Below are positions 48,801 to 60,434 of a stretch of DNA of 60,434 bases, piece after piece. The notes below the pieces were generated by a model. The model worked only from the letters and a program-made list of their open reading frames with translations, was not told where the DNA came from and made no database searches. Location: positions 1-60,434 of the forward strand of contig CAXHJY010001666.1 in NCBI GenBank assembly GCA_964016885.1. The letters run 5' to 3'. Within the stretch, counting starts at the first letter, position 1. Each line of letters opens with the position of its first letter. The DNA is from Eledone cirrhosa (lineage: Eukaryota). Made by a program: the position numbers and the translations under genes.

Positions 48801-50610
48801 GAATTATGTGATACTTTCCGGGAAGCCTGCTTTAGGCTGGCCTTTTGGAGGATGATTCACAATGGGGCGCCACTATGGCAGAGGGCGTTTTGTTGAAATC
48901 TCCTAAAAGACTAAGATCGATTTTCGCTATTCATCTACTATGGTATGACTTGGGTGATCCGGCCTCTTTATGGCTTAGCTACAAAGATTACATGTCTGAA
49001 GATTTCCTGCGTCACGCTCAGTTGCTAAACCCATCGATGGAGGTCGGGTACAGTGACCTCATTTACAACAAGGCGCTGCTTGAAATCGAAGATACTGTTC
49101 TCGATATGGGCGGTAGTGCGTTGGCGGTGTATGGCCTACCTTCAACAAACCGGGAAGGCGCAAACACTCTGTCTTCGGATTTGCTGCGTGAGATATCTTA
49201 TAATGTTGACGAGCTTGCCCAGTACATAGCGGAGAATGAGCCAAATCTCCTTCCAGAACAGAAATTCGCTTACAACTCCGTTGTTAATTCTGTCCGGGGC
49301 AAAGCTGGGGGGATATTTTTCCTGGACGCTCCTGGGGGGACTGGGAAAACTTTTGTCACCAAATTAATATTAGCTGAGATTAGGCGAACAGAAGGCATTG
49401 CCTTAGCTGTGGCATCATCTGGAATTGCGGCTACTTTGTTGCCGGGCAGCAGGACAGCTCACTCCTATTTCAAGCTCCCGCTTGACTTAGCGAAGACTGA
49501 GACACCCACTTGCAACATCAGCAAGAGTTCCGATCAGGCAGAAGTGTTCAGACGATGCAAGCTTATCGTTTGGGACGAATGCACGATGGCCCACAGAGGT
49601 GCTCTTGAGGCACTAGATAGAACTCTGAGAGACATCAAAAACTCTACAGCTCCCATGGGAGGCATAACACTTCTTCTTTCAGGGGACTTCAGGCAAATGC
49701 TTCCCGTTATTCCCAAGAGGACTAGAGCTGATGCAGTATGTGCGTGTCTTAAGTCATCCGCATTGTGGCCCCTGGTGAAGACTCTGAAACTTCACACTAA
49801 CATGTGTGCTCATATGCGAGATGATATAGCATCAGCAGCATTTTCTCACACCCTCCTTGCACTTGGCGAAGGCAAAACGGCCGGGGATGAAAAGGGTAAT
49901 ATTGCCATCGACTCACTTTGTATCGTTGTTAGTACGCCTTCTGATCTCAGGGATGCAGTGTTCCCAGATCTCCAAGCAAATTATCAGAATATGGATTGGC
50001 TTGCCCAAAGGGCTATTCTGGCCCCGAGGAATAAAACTGTTAACCATATTAATCATCAAATGCTAAAACTCATTCCTGGGGATGGCTACGTATATAAGTC
50101 TATCGATAGAACTCCTGACCCTGAGGATGTCATCAACTATCCAATAGAGGTACTAAATTCCTTTGAACCCCCGGATTACCCCCACACATTTTGAAACTTA
50201 AAGTTGGTGCCCCTATAATGCTCATTCAAAATTTGGTTCCGCCGAAACAATGCAATGGCACACGTTTGGTCGTTAAGTTCTTAGCTCCCAATCTGATTGA
50301 GGCCACGATAATCACAGGGTGCGGTCGGGGCAAGGTTGTGCTCATACCGAGGATGCATCTTTTCCCATCAGGAGCAGACCTACCTTTCACATTTCGGAGG
50401 TCCCAGTTCCCGGTCAGGCCATGCTTCGCAATGTCAATTAACAAAGCGCAGGGGCAAACACTGTCTGTCGCGGGATTACATTTGGGGGAGCCGTGTTTCT
50501 CTCATGGTCAGCTTTACGTTGGCTGCTCTCGTGTCGGTAGCAAGAGTGATGATTTCGCGTTCGTTCCGCAAGGAAAAACAAAAAACATTGTGTACAAGGA
50601 GGTTTTATAG
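45844..50610 (+). pseudogene. Helitron RepHel (HUH/Y2 Rep plus PIF1-family helicase) with multiple frameshifts and stops
   Basis: Zn motif CKFCNA...MCCLNG; Rep motifs FTCNPKW, WQKRGLPHAHIL, KYICKYVNKG; helicase motifs [49 protein letters not shown]. Confidence 0.95.
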
Positions 50611-51430
50611 GATTACCTCGATTCCTAATTTTATAACTTTTTTATTTTTTTATTTTTTGTCTTTTCGTGAGTACTTTCTAAGTAGGTTAACCTTCACTGC
50701 AGTGCACTGGACACTCCCCACCATCTGCCGTACAAAGGCTGATTCTCGCGGTGTTACAAAGCTTCATTACAACTCCGACCCTACTCAAATATCAGCTGTT
50801 GCTCCTCACCAACTCCCGTTTGGTGGGCCTCGGAGGACCGTGGACAGGTTAGTATTTCACATCCGTACGACTCTCAAAGGGTCAACAATGCTTTAATGAC
50901 GGGATTTACATTTTTAGGCGGTTCCTGCAATTACTTCACACTTCACCAACACCTGGCCTCCGCTCAGCTCTATTTCCTTCCCTCCGTTGGCACAGCACCA
51001 GGCTCATCTTCTACGTCCGACGTACATGATGCACCAACCATACAATGACCCCTCTTCCTCTTTTTTGGTTGTCATAATTCGACAATGTTTTCAGGCCCCT
51101 GTTTGCGGTTCCCTCAATCCACCCCCTCCGTCGTTAAAACATGTCATGCAGAACAACTCCATTGCAGCTCTGTTGTTCGGCTGGCATCGTCTATGCGCGT
51201 GCTGCGCAAGTACTGTGAAACAATAAATTTGAACACTTCTTTGCACAGAGATAATATCAATAGGCGAAACTACAATTGTCACTGCTGGCGCAGCTCCTGC
51301 TTCAGCAGTGCAGGTTTGCAATTCATTCAACCAGTGCTGCCATAAAATGGGTGGTGCAACCTAACTTTGGTAACTTACTGACCCCGAGCAATTCCGGCCT
51401 TTAATGCTAGTATATATATATATATATATA

Positions 51431-51823
51431 GTAACAGAGAAGACCCGCCTTGCCAGTAGGCATCTCTAACAAAATACACCCCGTCCCGCCACCACCCCCA
51501 CCCATCCACACCACCCCGTCCTATGTAAAGTTATGTTGGTGCCGCGCCATCCAGGCCGAAACAAATGAGATCGTGTAGGTGTCACGACAAAAAAACACAC
51601 AGTCCACGCTGTAATGTGGCCGTGTAGGCAACACGGTAAAAACCTCCCAGACCCACACTGTAAATGTGGTTGGTGTTAGGAAGGGCATCCAACTGTAGAA
51701 AACCTGCCAGACAGTCCTATGCGAGCAAGACAATCACTCTTGCCTCAAGTGGGACTACCCCCGTCCAAACCCATGCAAGCGTGGAACACGGACGTTAAAC
51801 GTTGATGATGATGATGATGATGA
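51431..51823 (+). mobile_element. RTE subfamily B 3' fragment
   Basis: Near-identical to 38911-39298, including the short deletion at the ORF end. Confidence 0.93.
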
Positions 51824-51867
51824 AGAATTAAACTGGTATTAAACTAGTTATACTATTATTTAACAGA

Positions 51868-51980
51868 ACAGAGTACTCAATACTTAAGATAGTAGAGTGT
51901 GACTATATTAGAAAGAGCCGGGGCCTGACAGCTGAGCTCTTGTTTTATTGACAGCTAATTCCAAACTTGGGCCTCGACTC

Positions 51981-51990
<10 letters not shown>
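51868..51990. mobile_element. Degenerate family F copy 5
   Basis: cagagtactcaatacttaagatagtagagtg...gacagctgagctc; short inverted arm tattagaaagag / ctctttctaata ending at a TA tract. Confidence 0.65.
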
Positions 51991-52046
<56 letters not shown>

Positions 52047-52138
52047 TAAAATAACAAATTAAAGTTTAAGCAAAGAATTGCTGCTTTCACCCTTAACGGA
52101 CACACACACACACACGGATACTGAGGGGTAGCCAAAAT

Positions 52139-52260
52139 ATTGAGGCAATGGTTACACAGGTTTTTTGAGCTAAAGTCTTGAGCATTGAGGCAATTGTTAC
52201 ACAGGTTTTTTGAGCTAAAGTATTGAGCATTAAAGCAATGGTTACACAGGTTTTTTTTTA
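52139..52260. repeat. 45-bp tandem repeat, about 2.7 copies
   Basis: Unit attgaggcaatggttacacaggttttttgagctaaagtcttgagc. Confidence 0.85.
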
Positions 52261-52790
52261 AGATAATATTTCTGTAGCTTCATTTTGCAGTCAAAGTAAT
52301 AAAAAAAAATACAGGCAAATGATAATAAAATATAAGAAAACAAAAGTAATTTAGTAATAGTTTTTGATTATTTTATTTTCCCCGTGAGTTGCCAGAAGAC
52401 AGTAATGGAAGATTGCCAACATATATAACCACAAGTCTTGTCAGGTTTTGGAATGTTGGCATTGTTAGATAATAATTTATTATATAATGTCATTAGAATT
52501 TGTCAACCTTTCTTTAGTTTCTCCATTTTATCTCTTTCTCTCTTACACACTCTCTTTCACACATACTCTTTCTCCCTTTCTCTCCATCTCTCTCACATAC
52601 ACACACTCTGTCTTTTCTCTCTATCACAACACACACTCTGTGTCTCTCTCTCTCTCTCCCTTTCTCTCCATCTTTCTCTCTCTCACACTCTCACACTTAT
52701 AGCTGTTAATCAAAAGGTCTCCATTTCCACGTTACTTTAATTCTTTTACTATTCCATTTATTGAATTACAACCATGTGCGTGCATGTGTG

Positions 52791-52837
<47 letters not shown>

Positions 52838-52900
52838 GTGTGTATGTATGTTTGTGTGTAGATATATCTATGCTTCTATGCATCTGTTTATATGTGTATA

Positions 52901-52959
<59 letters not shown>

Positions 52960-53421
52960 GGACCCTTTGGTTTGAAACCTAATTCATTTCAAACCCCTAA
53001 TCAATAATATCAATGGTTTAGACCCAAAGAATCTCTTTAAAAATGAATAAAAGCCAAATTGCAATAGAAATCAATGCCCACCATAAAAAGCAATGTAATA
53101 TATTTGTATAGTAAGGTAATATATTACAAGAATGAAGAAACAGATAGAAAAATATTGCTTTTGGTTTAACATTTGTATTCCTGGTTATACACATCATTAG
53201 CAGAAGAGTGTAGACAATGGGAAATAATCCCAAAGAATTACACATACACACTGTGAGTGATCCTAAGTGACCAATGATTACGTTAGTTTTTTATTTGTTA
53301 CTTTTCTATAGTAATTGTTAGTTGACATAATTGTATTTGTTACCAAAGTGTCAATTACCCCTTTTCGAACAAGAACATTTTCCTGGCTGTATCAGGGCCC
53401 TGTCTTCTTTATGCTCTTTAA

Positions 53422-53626
53422 CCCTTTAGCATTTAAACCAGCCGTATCTGGTCTGAATTCTCTCACCTCTTTCTGTTCAAACCAGCTGTAACTGGCTTCT
53501 ACTGATGTTAAGGTATTGTTCTCAAAATAAATAATATCAAAATTTCATAGCTTCGATATTATGTGAGATAAAGCCTTTACTGTGAAAATACAATAGTAAA
53601 TATAGAGTAATGTAAATGCTGAAGGG
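53422..53626. mobile_element. piggyBac-type MITE (TTAA TSD)
   Basis: TTAA|ccctttagcattta...taaatgctgaaggg|TTAA; homologous to 33746. Confidence 0.8.
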
Positions 53627-53740
53627 TTAAGTGTTTAGCTTTTTGCCAAGTTTACTTTTAGACCTTTCGATTCTAGATTTTTCTACCATGTCTGAATATC
53701 CCCTCAAACTTGTCCATGGATTCAGTTGTAAAGATCAGAT

Positions 53741-54219
53741 CAGAGGTGGGGAACCTTTTCATGTTGAAAGGCTGCATTGAGTTACTTGTAATATAATAAG
53801 GCCACATTCAAGAAACCATAATTATATATTCTTAAAATCTCCATTATTTTGTAAAAGTATAGTTACTATATATTATTTAACTAAAAAAAAAAAATAGAAA
53901 AAAAATTAATTCTAAAGCTAACAACCTTTTAATGATTTTGTTGTGACTACTTGTTGCAGGAAATCAGTTTGATATTTAGTTGCAACATGGAGGTCCTTAT
54001 GATTTACTAATGTTTTACTTCTGGCTGTCTGTCAGTGTGAATTATTTAGTTGTTTTCTTTTACTCTTTGATATTTAAAATACGTTCTTCTTATGGTTTAA
54101 ATTAAAATTATAAGAGATAGACAAAAACATAATAATAAAAATTAAAAATTTGTTGGACATTTTTATTTTTTCAAAAGGCCTCACAGAATGGCATAGAAGG
54201 TTGAGGTTCTCCATCTCTG
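53741..54219. mobile_element. hAT (Charlie-like) non-autonomous element
   Basis: TIRs cagaggtggggaacct and aggttctccatctctg; degenerate 8-bp flanks gatcagat and gactaggt. Confidence 0.6.
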
Positions 54220-54504
54220 GACTAGGTCATCAACAAATTAGAAAAATCTTGGATAGCCACTCTTAAACTCCTTTGTTATGGCCTGGGGAACAGCAATAAA
54301 CAGAAGTGGACTGAGCCCTGGTGAATACCTACCTCCACTTCAAATTCATTACTGTACTCATTGCCAATTCTCATCTTGCTGATTGCATCTTTATACTTGC
54401 ATGTTTCTCACAAGCTGTTTGTCTATACCTAGCTTCCTTATAACCCACCAGATTATAGAGCAAGGGACCCCATCAAAGGCCTTCTTCTGAACTAATCAAT
54501 CATT

Positions 54505-54695
54505 GATAGAGAGGTATACTCTTAGCTAAGTACCTATTCTGCAGTTGTCTCACGTGGAAGTGGGCATTGATTGTACGCCTATCTGACATAAAGTCAAACT
54601 GCATCTCATCTCATTATAACCCTTTCAGTATCTTTCATGACCTGGTCCATCACTTTGATACCTCTAGTTCTCTCTAGTGCATCTCTTTTGCTCTT
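54505..54695 (-). mobile_element. Old RTE RT fragment
   Basis: Minus-strand remnants resembling DALER..RGIKVMDQVMK and EMQFDF. Confidence 0.6.
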
Positions 54696-55294
54696 GTTCC
54701 TATTGTTTGCTGCGCTAGTCACTGGGTATGACACCATCCTGTATTATATGATGAATTATGTGTTTGAAGAAAACACAAATTACAAATAGAAATCAATGCA
54801 CAAAACAAAAAGCAATGCAATATATTTGTATTGCAACAATAAAGCAGCAGAAAGAAAAATATCACTTTCAATTTAATTATTTTATTTCTCATTATACACC
54901 ATCATGTACCAGATGATTAATTATGTGTTTGACAAGCTCATAAACTACCATGTCAGATTTTCTTAGCATCTTGGCAACTATACCAGTTGTCTATCACATT
55001 GCTGTTAGCTATTGTGGTTGGTCCCTCAGTAGGGTCTACATGACTTTACTGCTCATTGCCCCATTTATTCTCTTCATTCCAAACAATCTCTTGTAGTAGA
55101 CCATTCTTTTTCATTTGCTTATACCTGCTCTGCTTGAACAATCTACTAAATATTAAATCTTCTCTAATATTTAACTCTACTAACCCAAGCATTGAGCACA
55201 TTTCACTTCGGCTATTGGCATTTAGTAATCTATATCACTCTTCTCTGTATCTCCCTATTTCCTCCTCTCCTACGATACATATATCGTATTATTT

Positions 55295-55350
<56 letters not shown>

Positions 55351-56320
55351 AGCCTGTTGGATCAAGCCTGTCGGGTGTGCTAGCGATCTCTTACATGGAC
55401 AGCCTCGAGCGCAAGGCACTCAATGCCTGCCACCTGAACGCCGTCGCCTTTTTCGCAAGGTACGTGGATGATATCCTCATCCTCACATCTTCCCAAGACA
55501 TGGCGAATAGAATCTATGAGACATTCAACAACACGGATGAGAACATTGACTTCAGTGTTGAACACGACGACGGGTCACTTGCCCTCCTCGACTTCCGAAT
55601 CAACATCACGGAACAGGGAGGGATCCACTGCTAACTTCTACCGAAAGGCAGCCTGCAGGGACCTGTTCGTTCACTACAAGTCCGCCCTCCCTAACAGTGC
55701 CAAAAGAGGATACATCACGAACGATATCGCGTGAATCAAAAACAGATGCAGCGATCCCGCAAGTAGTGTCACTCATACCAAGCGATTCCTCGAGGTGCTG
55801 GAGACGAACGGGTACCCTACCTCGCTCACAAACAGAGTAGGAGACACCAGACACAAGAGACAGAGAGGCACCCAAGGCAAGTGCTTCCTTAAAATGCCAC
55901 ACCTGGGCGAGAATACCACCAACGCTATCCGCAAAGCTATACGGAGGGAGGGCCTCGACATCCACCTGGCCCACTCGGGCCCCTCCCTGCGAAGATGCCT
56001 CTCCAGGAAACCCGGGAAATCTACTGATGCGTGCTCCCTCAGAGACTGCCCGATGCACCATGCGAACTGTTGCCTACACACATATATCGCGCATAAGATA
56101 GAATGTAATAACTGCAACCAATACTATATAGGTAGCACAATCCGACCGTTGCACGTCCGGATCAAGGAACACACTAAAGCCGGGCCCTCGTCTTACCAGA
56201 AACACATAGCCAAATGCGGAAACAAAGACGGAAGGCCCATTGTCACAATTCTAGCGACAGAAAGAAACGGCGGCACGTTACGTATCAAGGAAGCACTTTG
56301 GATCAAACGCCTAGGGCCAT
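55351..56320 (+). pseudogene. Penelope-like element fragment: RT C-terminal half plus GIY-YIG endonuclease
   Basis: PVGSSLSGVLA, RYVDDI, LALLD, YRK, NGYP, a Cys-rich linker and HKIECNNCNQYYIGSTIRPLHVRIKEH...IKEALWI. One frameshift near 55620 and a stop at 55732; both ends abut TA tracts. Confidence 0.92.
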
Positions 56321-56329
56321 ATTATATAT

Positions 56330-56361
<32 letters not shown>

Positions 56362-56369
56362 ATATATAT

Positions 56370-56717
56370 GGAGGCACATGGCTTAGTGGTTAGAGCATCG
56401 GCCTTGCAATCGAAAGGTTGTGAGTTCAATTCTCAGACCGGGTGATGTGTTGTTTCCTTGAGCAAGACACTTTATTTCACATTGCTCCAGTTTACTCAGC
56501 TGTAGAAATGAGATGATAGGGACTGGGGTCCCTATCATTCCCCTGCAAAGTGGTCGTGGAGGTGCCACGGCAAAAAAGCACCCAACACTCAGTGTAAATG
56601 AGGTTGTTGTTAGGAAGGGCATCCAGCTGTAGAAATCAAGCCAGAATCAGTTCCCGTCCCACCCTTGCAAGCAGGGAAAAAGCGGGGCGTAAAAATGAAT
56701 TGATGATGAAATGATGA

Positions 56718-56721
<4 letters not shown>
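56370..56721 (+). mobile_element. tRNA-headed, RTE-tailed SINE, full length
   Basis: Same structure as the 19233 copy. Confidence 0.93.
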
Positions 56722-56764
<43 letters not shown>

Positions 56765-56810
56765 ATATATATTATATATATATATATATATTATATATAT
56801 ATATATATAT

Positions 56811-56841
<31 letters not shown>

Positions 56842-56868
56842 ATATATATATTATATATATATATATAT

Positions 56869-56900
<32 letters not shown>

Positions 56901-56949
56901 ATATATTATATATATATATATATTATATATATATTATATATATATATAT
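56722..56949. repeat. (TA)n tract with TT phase shifts
   Basis: Direct reading. Confidence 0.95.
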
Positions 56950-59508
56950 TAGAGTCGGACAATATAGAGGGAGAGTGGGAATTTCTGAAAGCAAACCTGC
57001 TGTTGGCGACAGACGAAGTCTGTGGCTGGAGCAGGCCTGTAGGCAGGAGGAGAGTAACATGGTGGTGGAACAGTAAGGTGGAGGGGTCAATTAAGGCCAA
57101 AAAGCAGGCTTGGAAAGTATGGCGGGATGGGGGAAGTAGAGAGGACTATCAAGTGGCCAGGAGGGAAGCTAGGAGACAAGTGTACTTAGCAAGAAGGGAA
57201 GCTGAGGAAAGAAAGTTCAAGCATGTTCTACAACGCGATGACCAAAAACGTGAGGTGTTCAGGATTGCTAGGCAATGCGTCAAGGAAAACCGTGATATTG
57301 TCGGGGAGAAGTGTGTACTAAACGATGATGGCACACTTGCCATCACCGACGCTGATAAGAAGGTAGCTTGGAAGTGTCACTATGAAAGGCTACTAAATGA
57401 GGAGAATAATTGGGAGAAAGGCAGTCTCCCCCATATCGACCCAATAGAGGGACCAGCAGTGTTAGTCGAGGGGAGTATAATAAGTAAGGCAATCAAGGAT
57501 ATGAAGACGGGTAAGGCGGCTGGGCCTTCGGAAATAGTTGCTGAGATGCTGAAGGCATCTGGCACGGTGGGACACACCATGGTCACCCGCATAGTTAGCC
57601 AAGTCGTACAGAATGGGGTTGTTCCGAAGGACTGGCATAGCAGCATCATCGTTAACTGTTATAAGGGTAAAGGAGACGCCCTAGATAGGAGTAACTATAG
57701 AGGCATTAAATTAATCGACCAGGTCATGAAGGTCACGGAAAAAGTAATAGCGCAACTAATCAGAGAGAGAATTGACCTAGATGAAATGCAGTTCGGGTTT
57801 GTGTCAGGCAAAAGTACCACAGACGCTCTTTTCATAGTACGACAACTACAGGAGAAGTACCTAGCTAAAGGTAAACCCCTCTACTTAGCTTTTGTCGACT
57901 TGGAGAAAGCCTTCGACAGAGTCCCCCGCTCCATTATCTGGTGGGCTCTTAGAAAACTAGGCGTTGACGAATGGCTTGTGAGGGCTATACAAGCCATGTA
58001 TAAAGAAACAGTCAGCAAGGTTAGAATTAACAACGAATATAGTGAAGAGTTTAGCGTAAAAGTTGGCGTCCATCAGGGCTCTGTTCTCAGCCCACTACTA
58101 TTTATTATTGCCCTTCAGGCTATAACAGAGGAGTTCAAGACAGGCTGCCCATGGGAACTCCTATACGCAGACGACCTGACACTCATAGCGGAATCAATGG
58201 CCGAGCTAGAGAAGAAATTCCAAACATGGAAGCACGGCCTAGAGTCAAAAGGACTTAAAATTAACCTGGCTAAGACCAAAGTACTAGTTTGTAGGAAAGA
58301 AAACAAGGCGGCGGTCCCTTCTGGGAAATGGTCGTGCTCGGTGTGTAGGAAAGGCGTAGGTAGAAACTCCATTTTATGTCCTAAATGCAAAGTATGGGTG
58401 CATAAAAGATGTAGTGGGATCACAGGTAAGCTAACTAAGAACATAGATTTTACATGTGGCCGGTGCTCTGGTGCAATAAGTAGCAGCAAGTGCCCACAAG
58501 CTACTAGCTCTTTCAATTGCGCAGAGGGTTCTATAGAAATAGTGGACAGCTTCCGTTACCTGGGCGATAAAATCAGCAGTGGGGGAGGGTGCTCTGAAAG
58601 TACTGTAGCTAGAGTCAGAACTGGTTGGAAAAAGTTCAGAGAGCTTATACCACTATTAGCTGCTAAAGGGTTCTCACTATAAATGAAAGGCAGGTTGTAC
58701 GATGCCTGCATACGAACAGCAATGCTGCATGGCAGTGAGACCTGGGCATTGTGTGCAGAGGATATACGCAGACTAGAGAGGAACGAAGCTTGCATGCTCC
58801 GCTGGATGTGTAACAGTAATATACGTGAACGGCAAAGCATAAACGAACTAAGGAAAAAATTAGAGATAAGAGGGATCAGATGTTGTTTACTCGAGAGAAG
58901 GCTACGTTGGTATGGACACGTGATGCGCATGAAAGTCGATAGCTGTATAACAAAGTGCAGGGCAATAAAGATAGACGGTAGTCACGGAATAGGCAGACCT
59001 AGAAAAACCTGGGACGAGCTGATAAACTCCGACATCACACACTTACACCTCTCCAAGACAATGTCACTGGACCGAGACCTTTGGCGGTACTCAGTAACAG
59101 AGAAGACCCGCCTTACCTAAATATATAGTAAAACCTACTCCAGCCAGTAGGCATCCCTAACAAAATACACCCCCCCCCCCCCACCCCTACCCCATCCACA
59201 CCACCCCGTTCTATGTAAAGTTATGTTGGTGCCGCGCCATCGAGGCCGAAATAAATGAGATCGTGTAGGTGTCACGACAAAAAAACACACAGTCCACGCT
59301 GTAATGTGGCCGTGTAGGCAACACGGTAAAAACCTCCCAGACCCACACTGTAAATGTGGTTGGTGTTAGGAAGGGCATCCAACTGTAGAAAACCTGCCAG
59401 ACAGTCCTATGCGAGCAAGACAATCACTCTTGCCTCAAGTGGGACTACCCCCGTCCAAACCCATGCAAGCGTGGAACACGGACGTTAAACGTTGATGATG
59501 ATGATGAT
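56950..59508 (+). mobile_element. 5'-truncated RTE LINE (subfamily B) with a premature stop at 58680
   Basis: Near-identical to 36760-39298; ORFs 57003-58682 and 58683-59120 are in the same frame. Confidence 0.95.
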
Positions 59509-59512
59509 ATAT

Positions 59513-59698
59513 GTGGGTTGGCAGTATCGGTAGAGGGTCGGACGCCATGCTTTCCAGCATAGTTACGTCCCTTTACGATCTGAGTTCAAATCTCGCTGAG
59601 GTTGACTTTGCCTTTCATCCTTACGGGGTCGATAAAATAAAGTACCAGTAATGAACTGGGTAATTGCTGGCCTTGTGCCTAAAGTAGAAACAATTATT
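59513..59698 (+). mobile_element. SINE family 2 copy
   Basis: tggcagtatcggtagag...gagttcaaatc...gcctttcatccttacggggtcgataaaataaagtaccag. Confidence 0.8.

Positions 59699-60434
<736 letters not shown>

Larger units (their letters stand above)
44933..51410 (+). mobile_element. Helitron, complete but decayed
   Basis: 5' TC (44933 or 44939) preceded by A; 3' CTAG (51407-51410) followed by T; degenerate GC-rich subterminal hairpin remnant; RepHel coding region. Confidence 0.92.

Noticed and set aside
43372-51823. Inverted RTE tails flanking the Helitron as a possible composite transposon
   Set aside because: The fragments belong to different variants with different truncation points and no shared TSD, so independent insertions are more likely.
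56370-56445. tRNA-like sequence (also at the other SINE heads)
   Set aside because: Acceptor and anticodon stems do not pair properly and the sequence continues into a SINE body.

Overview
Repeat-saturated, AT-rich animal genomic DNA with no recognisable host protein-coding exon. The SINE/LINE content resembles Octopus-type cephalopod DNA (inference, not tested). Contents: very long (TA)n/(TATG) microsatellite arrays, which account for nearly all the long I/Y/H-rich ORFs; one near-full-length and two identically 5'-truncated RTE-clade LINEs, each with a C4HC3 PHD-type finger inside the reverse transcriptase; many RTE 3'-end fragments; a tRNA-headed SINE that borrows the RTE 3' end; a second, Deu/Nin-domain-like SINE family; a complete but decayed 6.5-kb Helitron; a Penelope-like RT+GIY-YIG fragment; CR1 and CRE-like fragments; and several MITEs. 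The most striking unexplained structure is a recurring module wedged between TA tracts: a long fold-back palindrome plus a one-sided unique tail. In one family the fold point varies between copies while the outer end of the inverted arm is fixed. Degenerate minimal hammerhead-ribozyme motifs occur nearby. Together these suggest a microsatellite-targeting Penelope-like system. Boundaries were read by eye and may be off by a few bases.
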